Shown here: positions 36,327 through 45,996 of the stretch, piece after piece | How positions within the stretch are numbered: position 1 is the first letter of the stretch | Layout: every line of letters begins with the position of its first letter | Origin: Treponema sp. | GTDB taxonomy: Bacteria; Spirochaetota; Spirochaetia; Treponematales; Treponemataceae | DNA length: 64,000 bases | Direction of reading: 5' to 3' | Assembly (NCBI GenBank): GCA_014804005.1 | Contig: JAAVAP010000016.1 | Span: forward strand, 106,751 to 170,750 | Position numbers and translations under genes: made by a program | Notes under the pieces: generated by a model | Told to the model about the DNA's origin: nothing | Database searches by the model: none | Seen by the model: the letters and a program-made list of their open reading frames with translations, nothing else

Positions 36327-38877
36327 AAATTTTTCGCGGCGATGATTTTTTCGCCTTTTTGAATTTTATCGAAACCTTGCCATCGATGCATTCGGCGGCG
36401 GCTTCTCCCGAAAGAATCTGCTTGCCTTCGAGAATCATCGTGGCAAGAGGATCTTCGATTTCCTTCTGCAAAAGCCGCCTCATCGGACGCGCCCCCATCG
36501 CAGGATCGTAGCCGTGCTCGATGAGGTACGAGCGCGCCGAAGGCTTGAGGCTGAGCGAGATTCCGTTTTCCGAAAGCCGCGCGTTCAAGTCCGCTATCTG
36601 CAAATCCAAAATCGCGCTTACCTGCTTTTTGTTCAGCGCGTCGAACACGATTATGTCGTCGATGCGATTGAGTAATTCTGGACGCATGAATTCTTTCAGA
36701 GCCTGCATTGAGTTCGACTTAATCTCGTCGTAGGAAAGAACGCCCGAAACTTGCGTGGCAAATCCCGCACGTCCTTCCATCGTGATTTCGCGCGCGCCGG
36801 CGTTGCTCGTCATCAAAATCAGGGTGTTGCGGAAATTTATCTTGTGCCCGAGCGAATCGACCACTTCGCCCTCTTCCAAAATCTGCAAAAGCAAATTGAA
36901 TACTTCGGGATGCGCCTTTTCGATTTCGTCAAAAAGCACGACGGAATAAGGATGAGTGCGAACTTGCTCGGTGAGCTGGCCGCCGCTTTCAAAACCGACA
37001 TAGCCCGGAGGCGCGCCGACCATTTTGCTCACGTTGAATTTTTCCATGTAGTCCGACATGTCAATTCGGATGAGAGCGTCCTCGCTTCCAAACAAAAATT
37101 TCGCAAGGCTTTTCGCAAGCTGCGTTTTTCCCACTCCGGTAGGACCAAGAAAAACGAAAGAGCCGAGCGGACGGCGCGAACTTGAAATGCCAGAACGTCT
37201 GCGGCGCACGGCGGAGGAAATGCTGTTCACGGCGTCTTCCTGCCCGACGACTTCCTTGTGCAGCTCGCTTTCCATTTTCAAAAGCCGCTCTTTTTCATCG
37301 CCCGAAAGCTGCTCAAGCGGAACGCCCGCCATCAAACTCACGACGCGACAAATGTCGTTTATGTCAACAATCTTTTTTTCGCCGCCGCTCCTTTGCATCC
37401 ATTCGGAGCGGAATCTTTCGAGGACGGATTTCAATTCCAAAACCTTGTCGCGCACTTCGGCGGCGCGTTCGTAGTCCTGATGCTCGACAAGCTGATTTTT
37501 TTCATTGACGAGAGAATTGATTTGCCTTTCCAAATCCGCAAGCTCAGTGGGACGCTCGCCTTCCGCGATTTTTTTCTGCGCCCCCGCCTCGTCCAAAATG
37601 TCGATCGCCTTGTCGGGCAAAAATCGTTCGGGCAAATATCTGTGCGAAAATTTTATGATCGCAGGGATCACATCGTCGGCATAAATCACGTTGTGGAATT
37701 CCTCGTACTTTGATTTCAGCCCCAAAAGAATCTGCTCGGATTCCTCGTCGCCAGGCTCTTCCACTGTGACGGTCTGGAAGCGACGCGCCAAAGCCGCGTC
37801 CTTTTCCATATAGCGGCGGTACTCGCGAATCGTGGTCGCGCCGATGATTTGGATTTCCCCTCGGCTGAGTGCGGGCTTTAAAATGTTCGAAGCGTCAAGC
37901 GCGCCTTCGGGTCCGCCCGCGCCGATTATCGTGTGGATTTCGTCGATGAACAAAATTATGTTTTTGTTTTCGCGAATCTCTTTCATAAGACGCTTCATGC
38001 GTTCTTCGAATTCGCCGCGATATTTCGTTCCGGCAATCAACGCAGTCAAGTCCAAATAGACGATTCGCTTTTTGAGCAAATTGAACGGAACTTCGCCAAA
38101 CGCGATGAACGCGGCAAGTCCCTCTGCAATCGCGGTTTTTCCCACGCCCGGATCGCCTATCAAAAGCGGATTGTTTTTCTTGCGCCGCGAAAGAATCTGC
38201 ACCACGCGCTCGATTTCCGCCTTGCGCCCGACGACGGGATCTGCCAAGCCTTTGAGCGCGATTTCCGTTATGTCGCGCGAGTATGCCTTCAAAAAACTTT
38301 CGTGTGAATTCTTTCCTTCGCGGCCGCCGACAGTCTGCCTGTCATATCCATGCTGATTGAACATTCGCTTGAAATCCGCATCCCCTCCCTTCGCTTCGGA
38401 ATCCCAAGAACTCGGAATTTTTTCCCGTGCTTCGAACGCCGCTTCGCGCACGCTTTCTAATTCCACGCCGGCCTTTTCGAAATATCTGCTCGTGACGCTC
38501 GCATTTTCGCGGATCGCCGCAAGCACGAGATGTTCCGTGCCGATATAGCTGTCTCGCATCGAACGAGACTCGAATTCCGCCGCCTCGAAAAGCGTCAAAA
38601 GCCTACGGCTCGGAGGCAGTTCCGAAAAATCGTTCGGTCGCGGAGTTCCGCCTGCGAGACTTTTCTCGAGTTCCAATTGAAACGTGAGAACATTGATATG
38701 CATTATGCGCAAAAGCATGTAGCCCACGCCTTCCGCGTTTTTCAAAAGCGCGAGCATCACATGTTCGGGAAGAAGCTGCGCGCTTCCGCTTTTTCGTCCT
38801 TCGTCTTGAGAGAGCGCAACTATAAGACGCTGCGCACGCGGTGAAAACGCTTTCATAAGATTTTCAAATTTCTCCAA
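36307..38877 (-). CDS. clpC: ATP-dependent Clp protease ATP-binding subunit ClpC
   Basis: 856 aa with Clp_N repeats, two AAA+ modules ([15 protein letters not shown] and [15 protein letters not shown]), and a UVR motif between them ([14 protein letters not shown]). Confidence 0.9.
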   Translation of the reverse strand: MEKFENLMKAFSPRAQRLIVALSQDEGRKSGSAQLLPEHVMLALLKNAEGVGYMLLRIMHINVLTFQLELEKSLAGGTPRPNDFSELPPSRRLLTLFEAAEFESRSMRDSYIGTEHLVLAAIRENASVTSRYFEKAGVELESVREAAFEAREKIPSSWDSEAKGGDADFKRMFNQHGYDRQTVGGREGKNSHESFLKAYSRDITEIALKGLADPVVGRKAEIERVVQILSRRKKNNPLLIGDPGVGKTAIAEGLAAFIAFGEVPFNLLKKRIVYLDLTALIAGTKYRGEFEERMKRLMKEIRENKNIILFIDEIHTIIGAGGPEGALDASNILKPALSRGEIQIIGATTIREYRRYMEKDAALARRFQTVTVEEPGDEESEQILLGLKSKYEEFHNVIYADDVIPAIIKFSHRYLPERFLPDKAIDILDEAGAQKKIAEGERPTELADLERQINSLVNEKNQLVEHQDYERAAEVRDKVLELKSVLERFRSEWMQRSGGEKKIVDINDICRVVSLMAGVPLEQLSGDEKERLLKMESELHKEVVGQEDAVNSISSAVRRRRSGISSSRRPLGSFVFLGPTGVGKTQLAKSLAKFLFGSEDALIRIDMSDYMEKFNVSKMVGAPPGYVGFESGGQLTEQVRTHPYSVVLFDEIEKAHPEVFNLLLQILEEGEVVDSLGHKINFRNTLILMTSNAGAREITMEGRAGFATQVSGVLSYDEIKSNSMQALKEFMRPELLNRIDDIIVFDALNKKQVSAILDLQIADLNARLSENGISLSLKPSARSYLIEHGYDPAMGARPMRRLLQKEIEDPLATMILEGKQILSGEAAAECIDGKVSIKFKKAKKSSPRKIFSESLS

Positions 38878-39020
38878 AAATAAAAAAATTCATTCGCACC
38901 GAAATGGGCGCAATTTTTACCTGCACAAAACTTTATTATCGCATTGCGATTTTTCGTTCCGTCGCAAAATCGTTTTTCAAAAATTTTGACGGTGAAAGTG
39001 AAGAAAAATCGAAATTTTCG

Positions 39021-40115
39021 TCACTTCAATTTTTCAACGAATGTCATTTTTTTCAACGCTTCCTGCATTACAATCGAGCGAAGGCGTTTTTCTTTGAGCG
39101 CGTCGTCCGAAGCAATGTCATCGTCAAAATTGAATTCCGAAGTCCGCAACAAAAATCCCAAATGCCCGCTCTGAACTTTGTACAAAAGCGAAGAAAGCTC
39201 GTAGTCTTCAACGCCGCAAATCAGTCCCAAATCCACGCCCCATTTTATCGCGGAAATCAAGTCGATGGATTCGCGCAAAGGCATCAAAAGGGAATAGCGC
39301 ATTTGGGCGAACGCGCGCAAAATCATGTCGCGCACTTCGGTGAATTTATTATCGGCAACTTCACCACGAATCTTTCGTTCGAATTCGCAAATATATTTTC
39401 CAAGCGAAGTGATTCCCGCAAGCTGATCGATTTCGTTTCCGCTCACGGATTGGCGCGAAGAAATTTGGTAGAAACCGCCGAGTGAAGAGCCGAATTGAGT
39501 CCCACTTCCGAATGAATCCCGCACGGAAAATCCGCGCTCGTCGCAGACTTTCGCCAATTCAGAAATTTTTCCCGCGAACGAAATCGAAGGCAAATGAACA
39601 CGAAGCGAAAGTTTCATTCCGCTTCCCGATTCGCAAATGTTCGAAGTAAGATAGCCGAATTCGTGACTCGCCGCGAATTGGACTTTTTCCTGCAACTGCA
39701 TGTCGATATTGTGGGAGAAAGCGTAAGCCGTGCTGCACGCAAGTCCAGGCGCAAAACTTGAAATTCGAACGTGATCCGAGCAATTCAAAAGGCAGCCGGA
39801 AACGCCATCGACACGCATCACAAGTCCAGTCCCGAAATTTTCTTCGACCAGTCCGCGTTCGCGCAAAATGTCCGCGCCGAGTTTTGGCACGGTGGAAAGT
39901 ATCATGGTTTGATACGTGTCCGCGTCGTCAAAATGATTGAACGAATCAAAGATTATGTTTTGCACCTGAAGCGCGCATTCCTCATCGAAATTTTCGGGAA
40001 AAGGAAAATTGGCCAAATTCCTCGCGAGGCGCACTCGGCTTGAGACAATCACATCGTCATTTTCGGCGGAAGCATTGTACCAAGCGTCGCCCTTGTCTTT
40101 TTGGGTGCGGCTCAT
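39021..40115 (-). CDS. mcsB: Protein arginine kinase McsB homologue (ATP:guanido phosphotransferase fold), divergent
   Basis: N-terminal SSRVRLARNLANFPFP and a central ...SGSGMKLSLRVHLPSI... align with the McsB pattern. It is positioned between mcsA and clpC. Confidence 0.75.
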   Translation of the reverse strand: MSRTQKDKGDAWYNASAENDDVIVSSRVRLARNLANFPFPENFDEECALQVQNIIFDSFNHFDDADTYQTMILSTVPKLGADILRERGLVEENFGTGLVMRVDGVSGCLLNCSDHVRISSFAPGLACSTAYAFSHNIDMQLQEKVQFAASHEFGYLTSNICESGSGMKLSLRVHLPSISFAGKISELAKVCDERGFSVRDSFGSGTQFGSSLGGFYQISSRQSVSGNEIDQLAGITSLGKYICEFERKIRGEVADNKFTEVRDMILRAFAQMRYSLLMPLRESIDLISAIKWGVDLGLICGVEDYELSSLLYKVQSGHLGFLLRTSEFNFDDDIASDDALKEKRLRSIVMQEALKKMTFVEKLK

Positions 40116-40654
40116 CGCTCGCCTTCCTCGCCGTCGGCCGTTCCTCCGTGCGAAGTCGCCACGGCCTTTTTTTCGATTGCGTGAAGATAGTCGCGATAAA
40201 AGGCGGCCTTTTCGTAATCCTCGCTTTTTACGGCAGCTTCGAGCTTTTCGCGGATTACGGCGCGGTCGGTCAAAACCGAGCGGAAATTTGAAAGGCGGCG
40301 CGGCATCGAGCCAGTATAACGCACCGTAATTTTTCGTTTGGAAAGATACTTGTCAATTTCAGATTTGAAAATTTCATAACATTCAGGACAACCGAGTTTT
40401 CCATTCGTCCAAATTTCCGAGCAAAGTTGTCCGCAAACAGGACACGCGCTGTCGGTTTTCAAAGCCTGCTCGCGCTTTAGCTGCCGAATCTGCTTGAAAA
40501 GCGAGCCGATTTGTCGTTCGATTTCCTGACTTCCTGGAGAAATCCCGCAGCTTTCCGCGCAAGATTGGCACAAGTTTATTTTTTTTATTCCGAGACGGCT
40601 GGTCTGCTCAACGTAAATCACAGCCTCGTTGCTTTTGCACATATCGCAAATCAT
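40112..40654 (-). CDS. mcsA: McsA-like activator (UvrB/UvrC-motif protein with CxxC zinc fingers)
   Basis: Four CxxC pairs (CDMCKS...CQSCAE; CPVCG...CPECYE) and a C-terminal UVR motif (SEDYEKAAFYRDYL). Its stop overlaps the mcsB start. Confidence 0.75.
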   Translation of the reverse strand: MICDMCKSNEAVIYVEQTSRLGIKKINLCQSCAESCGISPGSQEIERQIGSLFKQIRQLKREQALKTDSACPVCGQLCSEIWTNGKLGCPECYEIFKSEIDKYLSKRKITVRYTGSMPRRLSNFRSVLTDRAVIREKLEAAVKSEDYEKAAFYRDYLHAIEKKAVATSHGGTADGEEGER

Positions 40655-40666
40655 TTTCGCTCCAAA

Positions 40667-42028
40667 TTATCCTGTCGTTCGCAAAATCTCAAGCGGGCGC
40701 TGCTTTCCGGCCTTTCGCGCGGGCAAAAGCGATGCAAAAAGCGACAAGCCCAGCGTGAGGAAACCGATGAAAAACAATTCGCCGAACGGAATCTCGACGG
40801 GAATTTCCTTGAGATAATACGCCTCGTCCAAAAGGTGAATTTCCCGAAAATTCATTATATCACCTTTCGCCAAAAAATACAAACCCTGCGCAAAAAAATT
40901 TATCGCCTTTTCCGAAAAATGAATCAGGCCGTTTATGTTCACCGAAAGGAAAAGACCGAGCGGAATTCCGAGCAAAAGCCCAGCGACTCCGCACGAAAAT
41001 CCGACCAGCAAAAATGAAGCGGAAATGCCGCCGTTGCTCGCGCCTAGGCTTTTTAAAATCGCGATTTCTCGCCGCCGTTCGAGCACGAGCATTATGAGCG
41101 CGCTCGAAATGTTCACGCAAGCAACGAGCACAATCAAAAGCTGGATAAAAACCAAAAGGATTTTCGTGGAGGAAAAATTTTCGTATTGCGCGCGGTTCAG
41201 CTGATCCCAGCGGTAGACGCGGAACGCTCCGCCAAAAAGGTCCTGCACTTTTTTTTGCAGCGAAGGAAGTTCCGCAGAAAAAGCGTCCGCAGTTTCGATC
41301 ATCACGGCGTTCATAGTTTGCGCCGCGCCCATGATTTTTTTTCCGTCTTCAAAATCGATGAAAAGCCAAAGCGAATCAAGTTCCTGATAGCCGCACGAAA
41401 TCACGGCCTTTATTTTGTACGATGAAATCGAAGGTCGAATCGAAATTGAATTGCGTGAAGAATCAGAATCATTCGCATCGCTTTCTTTTCCTGGATTCGA
41501 AATAATGTTCACAACGCGAATCGTGTCGCCCGCCTTCACGCCGAGCCGCTCGGAAATTCCTTTTCCAATCAACGCGCCTTTTTCGCCCACCGCGAAATCC
41601 GCGATGCTTCCGTCCTCGGTGAAAAAAAGTTTTTTGTAGGAAGCATCTTCTTCAAAAATATTTTTCGGAATCGCGCGGAGAGTCACGCCGCATCGATTTT
41701 TTCCCGACATCGCCATCGCAGGGCAAGATATCATCGGATATGCGGCGGAAATTCCCGGAATGCTTTTCACGGCGAGAGCCGCCTCTTCCAAGACTTGCGC
41801 GTTCTTGGAATGGCAAACGGCCTCGAGATGAGACGACGAAAGCGAAACGAGGCGTTCGGTTATTCCGTTTATCATTCCGTTTGAAATCGTGATTATCGTG
41901 ACGAGCGGAACGAGCGAAATTCCGATGCACAAAACCGCGCCTGCAAGACTTTTTTTCGCGACGCTCATTCCCGACGATTTTGAAAAGAGAATCCGCCTTG
42001 AAAACAAAAACGAGGATTTAAAATTCAT
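40667..42028 (-). CDS. LolE-like lipoprotein-release ABC permease (MacB/FtsX family)
   Basis: 453 aa with an N-terminal TM segment, a large periplasmic domain, and a C-terminal FtsX 3-TM bundle (REIAILKSLGAS). Confidence 0.75.
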   Translation of the reverse strand: MNFKSSFLFSRRILFSKSSGMSVAKKSLAGAVLCIGISLVPLVTIITISNGMINGITERLVSLSSSHLEAVCHSKNAQVLEEAALAVKSIPGISAAYPMISCPAMAMSGKNRCGVTLRAIPKNIFEEDASYKKLFFTEDGSIADFAVGEKGALIGKGISERLGVKAGDTIRVVNIISNPGKESDANDSDSSRNSISIRPSISSYKIKAVISCGYQELDSLWLFIDFEDGKKIMGAAQTMNAVMIETADAFSAELPSLQKKVQDLFGGAFRVYRWDQLNRAQYENFSSTKILLVFIQLLIVLVACVNISSALIMLVLERRREIAILKSLGASNGGISASFLLVGFSCGVAGLLLGIPLGLFLSVNINGLIHFSEKAINFFAQGLYFLAKGDIMNFREIHLLDEAYYLKEIPVEIPFGELFFIGFLTLGLSLFASLLPARKAGKQRPLEILRTTG

Positions 42029-42030
42029 TT

Positions 42031-42738
42031 TTACTTTCGCGCTCCGTCGATTTCCATTTTTTTCAAAACGCCGTCCTCAAGCTTGTAAAGCGTTTCGCCG
42101 CGCGCCGCCAAATCCATATCATGAGTTACGACCAAAAGCGTCTTGCCGTAATTTTTCGCCACGTCAAAAAGCAGGCTTCCAATCATCGCGGCGTTGGCGG
42201 GATCGAGATTTCCCGTCGGCTCGTCCGCAAGGACAAGGGAGGGGTCGTTCACAAGCGCGCGCGCCACCGCCACCCGCTGACGCTCGCCGCCAGAAAGTTC
42301 CGAAGGCAGATGATTTTTCCTGTGCGAAAGTCCAACGTCTTCCAAAAGTTTTTCCGCCTTTTTCATGGCAGCGGCTTTTTGCATTCCCGCCATGTACGCC
42401 GGCAAAAAAACATTTTCGAGCGCGCTGAAATCTTTGAGAAGATAATGGAACTGGAACACAAGCCCCACAAAATGCGCGCGATATTCTGTGAGCGCATCTT
42501 CGTCCATCGATGAAATTTCATTTCCGCCGACATTCACAGTTCCACCGCTCGCCGTGTCGATACCGCCTAAAATGTTGAGCAGAGTGCTTTTTCCGTTGCC
42601 ACTTTCGCCGATGATGCAAACGCGCTCGCCATTTTTCACAGTGAGAGAAAGTCCTTTCAAAACGCGAAGAGTTTCGTTTTCGCTGGCGTAATTTTTTTCA
42701 AGCCCTTCAATTCGGACAATCACATTTTCATCATTCAT
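42031..42738 (-). CDS. lolD: LolD-like ABC transporter ATP-binding protein
   Basis: Walker A GESGNGKST, signature LSGGERQR, Walker B LVLADEPTG. Start placed at MNDENV (ATG at 42738), preceded by GGGAG. Confidence 0.85.
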   Translation of the reverse strand: MNDENVIVRIEGLEKNYASENETLRVLKGLSLTVKNGERVCIIGESGNGKSTLLNILGGIDTASGGTVNVGGNEISSMDEDALTEYRAHFVGLVFQFHYLLKDFSALENVFLPAYMAGMQKAAAMKKAEKLLEDVGLSHRKNHLPSELSGGERQRVAVARALVNDPSLVLADEPTGNLDPANAAMIGSLLFDVAKNYGKTLLVVTHDMDLAARGETLYKLEDGVLKKMEIDGARK

Positions 42739-42855
42739 TTTTTTCTCCCAAAAAACATGGAACATTTTTTTTCGTGTCAAAATTGTAGCAGCTACAATTC
42801 GCACAAATTTCACGCGACGAAAAATTCATTCGCTACAATTCATTTTTAGCCGCCG

Positions 42856-44181
42856 TCAACTTTCATGAAGTACTTCGCTAATTGAAGTGCTCAAAATTTC
42901 ACGGCTCGCAGCCCATGCCGAAAACACCGCAGAGAAAATTCCGAACAGCGTGATAAAAATAATTTCGTGCGCGTACATTCTGGCAGGAATATTTGCGTAA
43001 ACCGCGAACATCGGATTTTCAGAAAGTGCCGCCGCATTTTGCGGAGAAAAAATCAGCATGAAAAAATATTGCAAATAAAAAAGCGCGGACGACAAAATCG
43101 TAAAAACGCTTTTTATGTTGACGCAAAAAAACAGTCCGAGCACAAGCCCTGCAATTGCGCCACGCAATCCAATCAAAAATCCGCGCATTATGAAAATATT
43201 TTTCACCGAAGAAATTTTCGCGCCAAGCGCGCTCAATGTGGAAATTTCGGATCGCCGCTCAAAAACAATTCTCCGCATGGAATTGAAAATGTTTATCGCC
43301 ACCACGACGAAAATCAAAACCACGAGCAACATGAGCATATTTTTTTCAATTCGAAGCACACTGAAAAAACTTCGATTGTATTCTTTCCAAAGCGAAATTT
43401 TCGCATCGGGAAATTCAAGCTGAATTTTTTTCGCAAGCGCGGCTTCGCCCGCAGAATTTTTTGTTTTGATTCCGTAAATCAAATTTTCAATTTTTTCAAT
43501 TTGAGAAGAAAGTGCGACAAAAGCATAATTTGAATTGATGTCGGAATAGCCAGTGTGAAAAATTCCCGCGACAAAAAATTTTTGAGGGCGCGAAAAAGCT
43601 TCCAAAAGAGAATCGCCCGAATCCGTCGCATAAAAATTCACCTCGTCGCCAACGCGCACATCCAAGGAACGAGCGAGCGTTATTCCCAAAACGCACGGCG
43701 CAAGAGTCTCGCCATTTTCGGAAAACTCCATGGTACGCAAATCAAACGCGCCGCGCACAATCTTAGCTTCCCGTGCGAAACCAAAATCTTTTTCCATTAC
43801 ATCGGTTTCGATCGCGCGTACAAGTGCCGCGCTTTGCCTTCCGTCCGCGCTCACCAAAAGCGACTCGCTCTCCGTGAATGCCACCGCGCATTCGATTTCA
43901 TTTTCGTCCGCCGCGAATTTTTCAAACGATTCGCGCTCTTTCGCGCCAAGATTTTCCGCGCGGAGATTGTACGACGAAACTTCCATTATCGCGTCGATGA
44001 ATTCGCGCTGAAATCCATTCATCACGCTGATCACGATTATGAGCGTCATCACGCCGAAGCAAATTCCCAAAGTCGAAAGTTTCGAAGTGAACGACTCCGC
44101 GCCTTTTAAATCCACGAGCGAAAATCGTTTCGCCACAAAATAAATCCATCGGAAGTTCGAAGCAAAACTTGAACGTTTCAA
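42856..44181 (-). CDS. LolC-like lipoprotein-release ABC permease (MacB/FtsX family)
   Basis: 441 aa with the same architecture as 40667-42028 (RSEISTLSALGAK). Confidence 0.75.
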   Translation of the reverse strand: MKRSSFASNFRWIYFVAKRFSLVDLKGAESFTSKLSTLGICFGVMTLIIVISVMNGFQREFIDAIMEVSSYNLRAENLGAKERESFEKFAADENEIECAVAFTESESLLVSADGRQSAALVRAIETDVMEKDFGFAREAKIVRGAFDLRTMEFSENGETLAPCVLGITLARSLDVRVGDEVNFYATDSGDSLLEAFSRPQKFFVAGIFHTGYSDINSNYAFVALSSQIEKIENLIYGIKTKNSAGEAALAKKIQLEFPDAKISLWKEYNRSFFSVLRIEKNMLMLLVVLIFVVVAINIFNSMRRIVFERRSEISTLSALGAKISSVKNIFIMRGFLIGLRGAIAGLVLGLFFCVNIKSVFTILSSALFYLQYFFMLIFSPQNAAALSENPMFAVYANIPARMYAHEIIFITLFGIFSAVFSAWAASREILSTSISEVLHES

Positions 44182-45092
44182 TTTGCGCCCCTCCCCTTTC
44201 TGTTTGAAAACGTCGAAGAAATTTTCACGCCGTTTTCATAAAAATCGCGGACGACAAATCCGCCGTCAAAATAAGTTGTCTGGACATAATTTTCACTGTC
44301 CGTGTAAACCGTGCGAATTCGCAAAGCCGAATTTTCGTAAAACGAAGTGTCGGAAATTTTTTCGCCAGAATATTTGTTCACGACGCGCTGCGAAAGAACG
44401 CGCTTTTGTTTTTTTCCTTGCACTTGGAAAAGTTTCCGATCTTCCTGAAGGACGCGCCCTTCGCCGTCATATTCGTAAGTGAAAATTTCAAACGAATCAA
44501 GTTTACCGTCTCGCAAATTGTTTTTTCTGCTCGAGCGAATTTTTCCGTTTGAATTGAAGAAAGTTATCGATGAAGTTTGCGCGTCAAAATCATTTTCACG
44601 AAGTTCGCTGATTTTTCCGTCCGCGCCGAACGCGTAAGTTTTTCTGCGGCGCATTTTGCTTTGCGCGCTCGAAGATGCGATCTGCCAATATTCGATTTTT
44701 GAAAGGCGGAAATTTTCATCATAAAAACGCCGCTGAAGTTCTCCGTCCGAAATGTTTGTGAGCACGCGATTTTTTTGCGCAGACGATGACGCAGAAAAAA
44801 TGTCGGAGTTCGTTTCGAGCATGCGGATTTCTTGCGACGAAGTTTTGAAAAGCAAATATTTTTCTTCGAGCGATTTTTTTTCTTCGGCAGAATTTTTTGA
44901 AAGCGAATCATTTTCTCCGCTTTCAATGTTCAAATCATTTTCTTCAACTGCAGAATTTTCTTTCACAGAATTTTTTTCAATTTTTTTTAATTCGGAATTT
45001 TCTTGCGCTGACTTTTCATCAGAAGATTCTGCGACTTGCGCGAAAGAAAAAAAAGAGAACGTCAAAATGAAAAATGCAAAAACAAATTTCAT
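44178..45092 (-). CDS. Secreted hypothetical protein with MORN/YwqK-like repeats (tentative)
   Basis: Signal peptide MKFVFAFFILTFSFFSFAQ. The N-terminal third is acidic and low-complexity. Repeated Y.ENG/F.SNGK-type units follow. Start and stop overlap both neighbouring genes. Confidence 0.5.
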   Translation of the reverse strand: MKFVFAFFILTFSFFSFAQVAESSDEKSAQENSELKKIEKNSVKENSAVEENDLNIESGENDSLSKNSAEEKKSLEEKYLLFKTSSQEIRMLETNSDIFSASSSAQKNRVLTNISDGELQRRFYDENFRLSKIEYWQIASSSAQSKMRRRKTYAFGADGKISELRENDFDAQTSSITFFNSNGKIRSSRKNNLRDGKLDSFEIFTYEYDGEGRVLQEDRKLFQVQGKKQKRVLSQRVVNKYSGEKISDTSFYENSALRIRTVYTDSENYVQTTYFDGGFVVRDFYENGVKISSTFSNRKGRGAN

Positions 45093-45964
45093 ATTCCCAA
45101 AAATTCATCCAAATATTTTTCCGCGTCGAATTCCGCGATGTCATCGTAGCCCTCGCCCGTGCAGACGTAGCAGACAGGAAGGCCGAGTTGCTTGCCGATG
45201 GAAATCACCACCCCTCCCTTCGCGCTCGAATCGTACTTGGTGAGAATGAGCGCGTCCACGCCGACCGCCTCGTTGAAAACTTCCGCCTGGCGAAGCGCGT
45301 TCTGCCCGGTGGTCGCGTCCACGACTAGCAATTTTTTGTAGCAGCCTTCGTCGGACTTTTGACGGCAAATGCGATCGATTTTTTCAAGTTCGCGCACAAG
45401 GTTTTCCTTGTTGTGAAGCCGCCCCGCTGTGTCCGCAATGACAAGCCCGCCGCTGTGCGCCTTGAGCGATTCCGCCGCGTCGAAAACCACGGCCGCAGGA
45501 TCGCTTCCCATTTGATGTGCGACAACGCGAATCCCGAGCCGCTCGCCGTGCATGGAAATTTGATCCACCGCCGCCGCGCGGAAAGTGTCGCTCGCAGAAA
45601 GAAAGACGTTCGCGCCCGTAGCGTTTTTTTGAAGACGCGCCAATTTCGCGGCGCTCGTGGTCTTCCCCACGCCGTTCACACCAAGAAGCATCCAAATATT
45701 ATTCCTGCCTTGCTCCACGGAAAGCGCGTAACTTTTGACATAAGGAAGCAAAAGCGTTTTCAATTTTTTCAAGATTCCGTCTTGCGAAGAAATTTTTTCC
45801 TTTCGGCAAATCTCGCAAAGCGAGTCCACGATTTCCATCGCGAGCGCGGCTCCCACATCGCCTTCAATCAGCGCGTCGCCTAAATCGTCGAAAAAATCTT
45901 CGTCCAAAGGATTTTTTCCGACAAACAAATTTTTGATTTTTTGCGCAAAAGACATTTTAGCCAT
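45089..45964 (-). CDS. ftsY: Signal recognition particle receptor FtsY (short form, NG domain only)
   Basis: GVNGVGKTTSAAKLA, DTAGRLHNK and TKYDSSAKGG motifs. Confidence 0.9.
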   Translation of the reverse strand: MAKMSFAQKIKNLFVGKNPLDEDFFDDLGDALIEGDVGAALAMEIVDSLCEICRKEKISSQDGILKKLKTLLLPYVKSYALSVEQGRNNIWMLLGVNGVGKTTSAAKLARLQKNATGANVFLSASDTFRAAAVDQISMHGERLGIRVVAHQMGSDPAAVVFDAAESLKAHSGGLVIADTAGRLHNKENLVRELEKIDRICRQKSDEGCYKKLLVVDATTGQNALRQAEVFNEAVGVDALILTKYDSSAKGGVVISIGKQLGLPVCYVCTGEGYDDIAEFDAEKYLDEFLGI

Positions 45965-45996
45965 TTTTCGTCTCCTTGTTCATTCACATTTCAAAA

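Noticed and set aside
38878-39020. Search for a CtsR operator (tandem GGTCAAA heptads) upstream of clpC and mcsA
   Set aside because: Only a weak resemblance was found (tttgacggtgaaagtgaa) and no convincing tandem heptad. A pair of GGTCAA motifs at 24919-24948 has the wrong spacing and sits beside unrelated genes.
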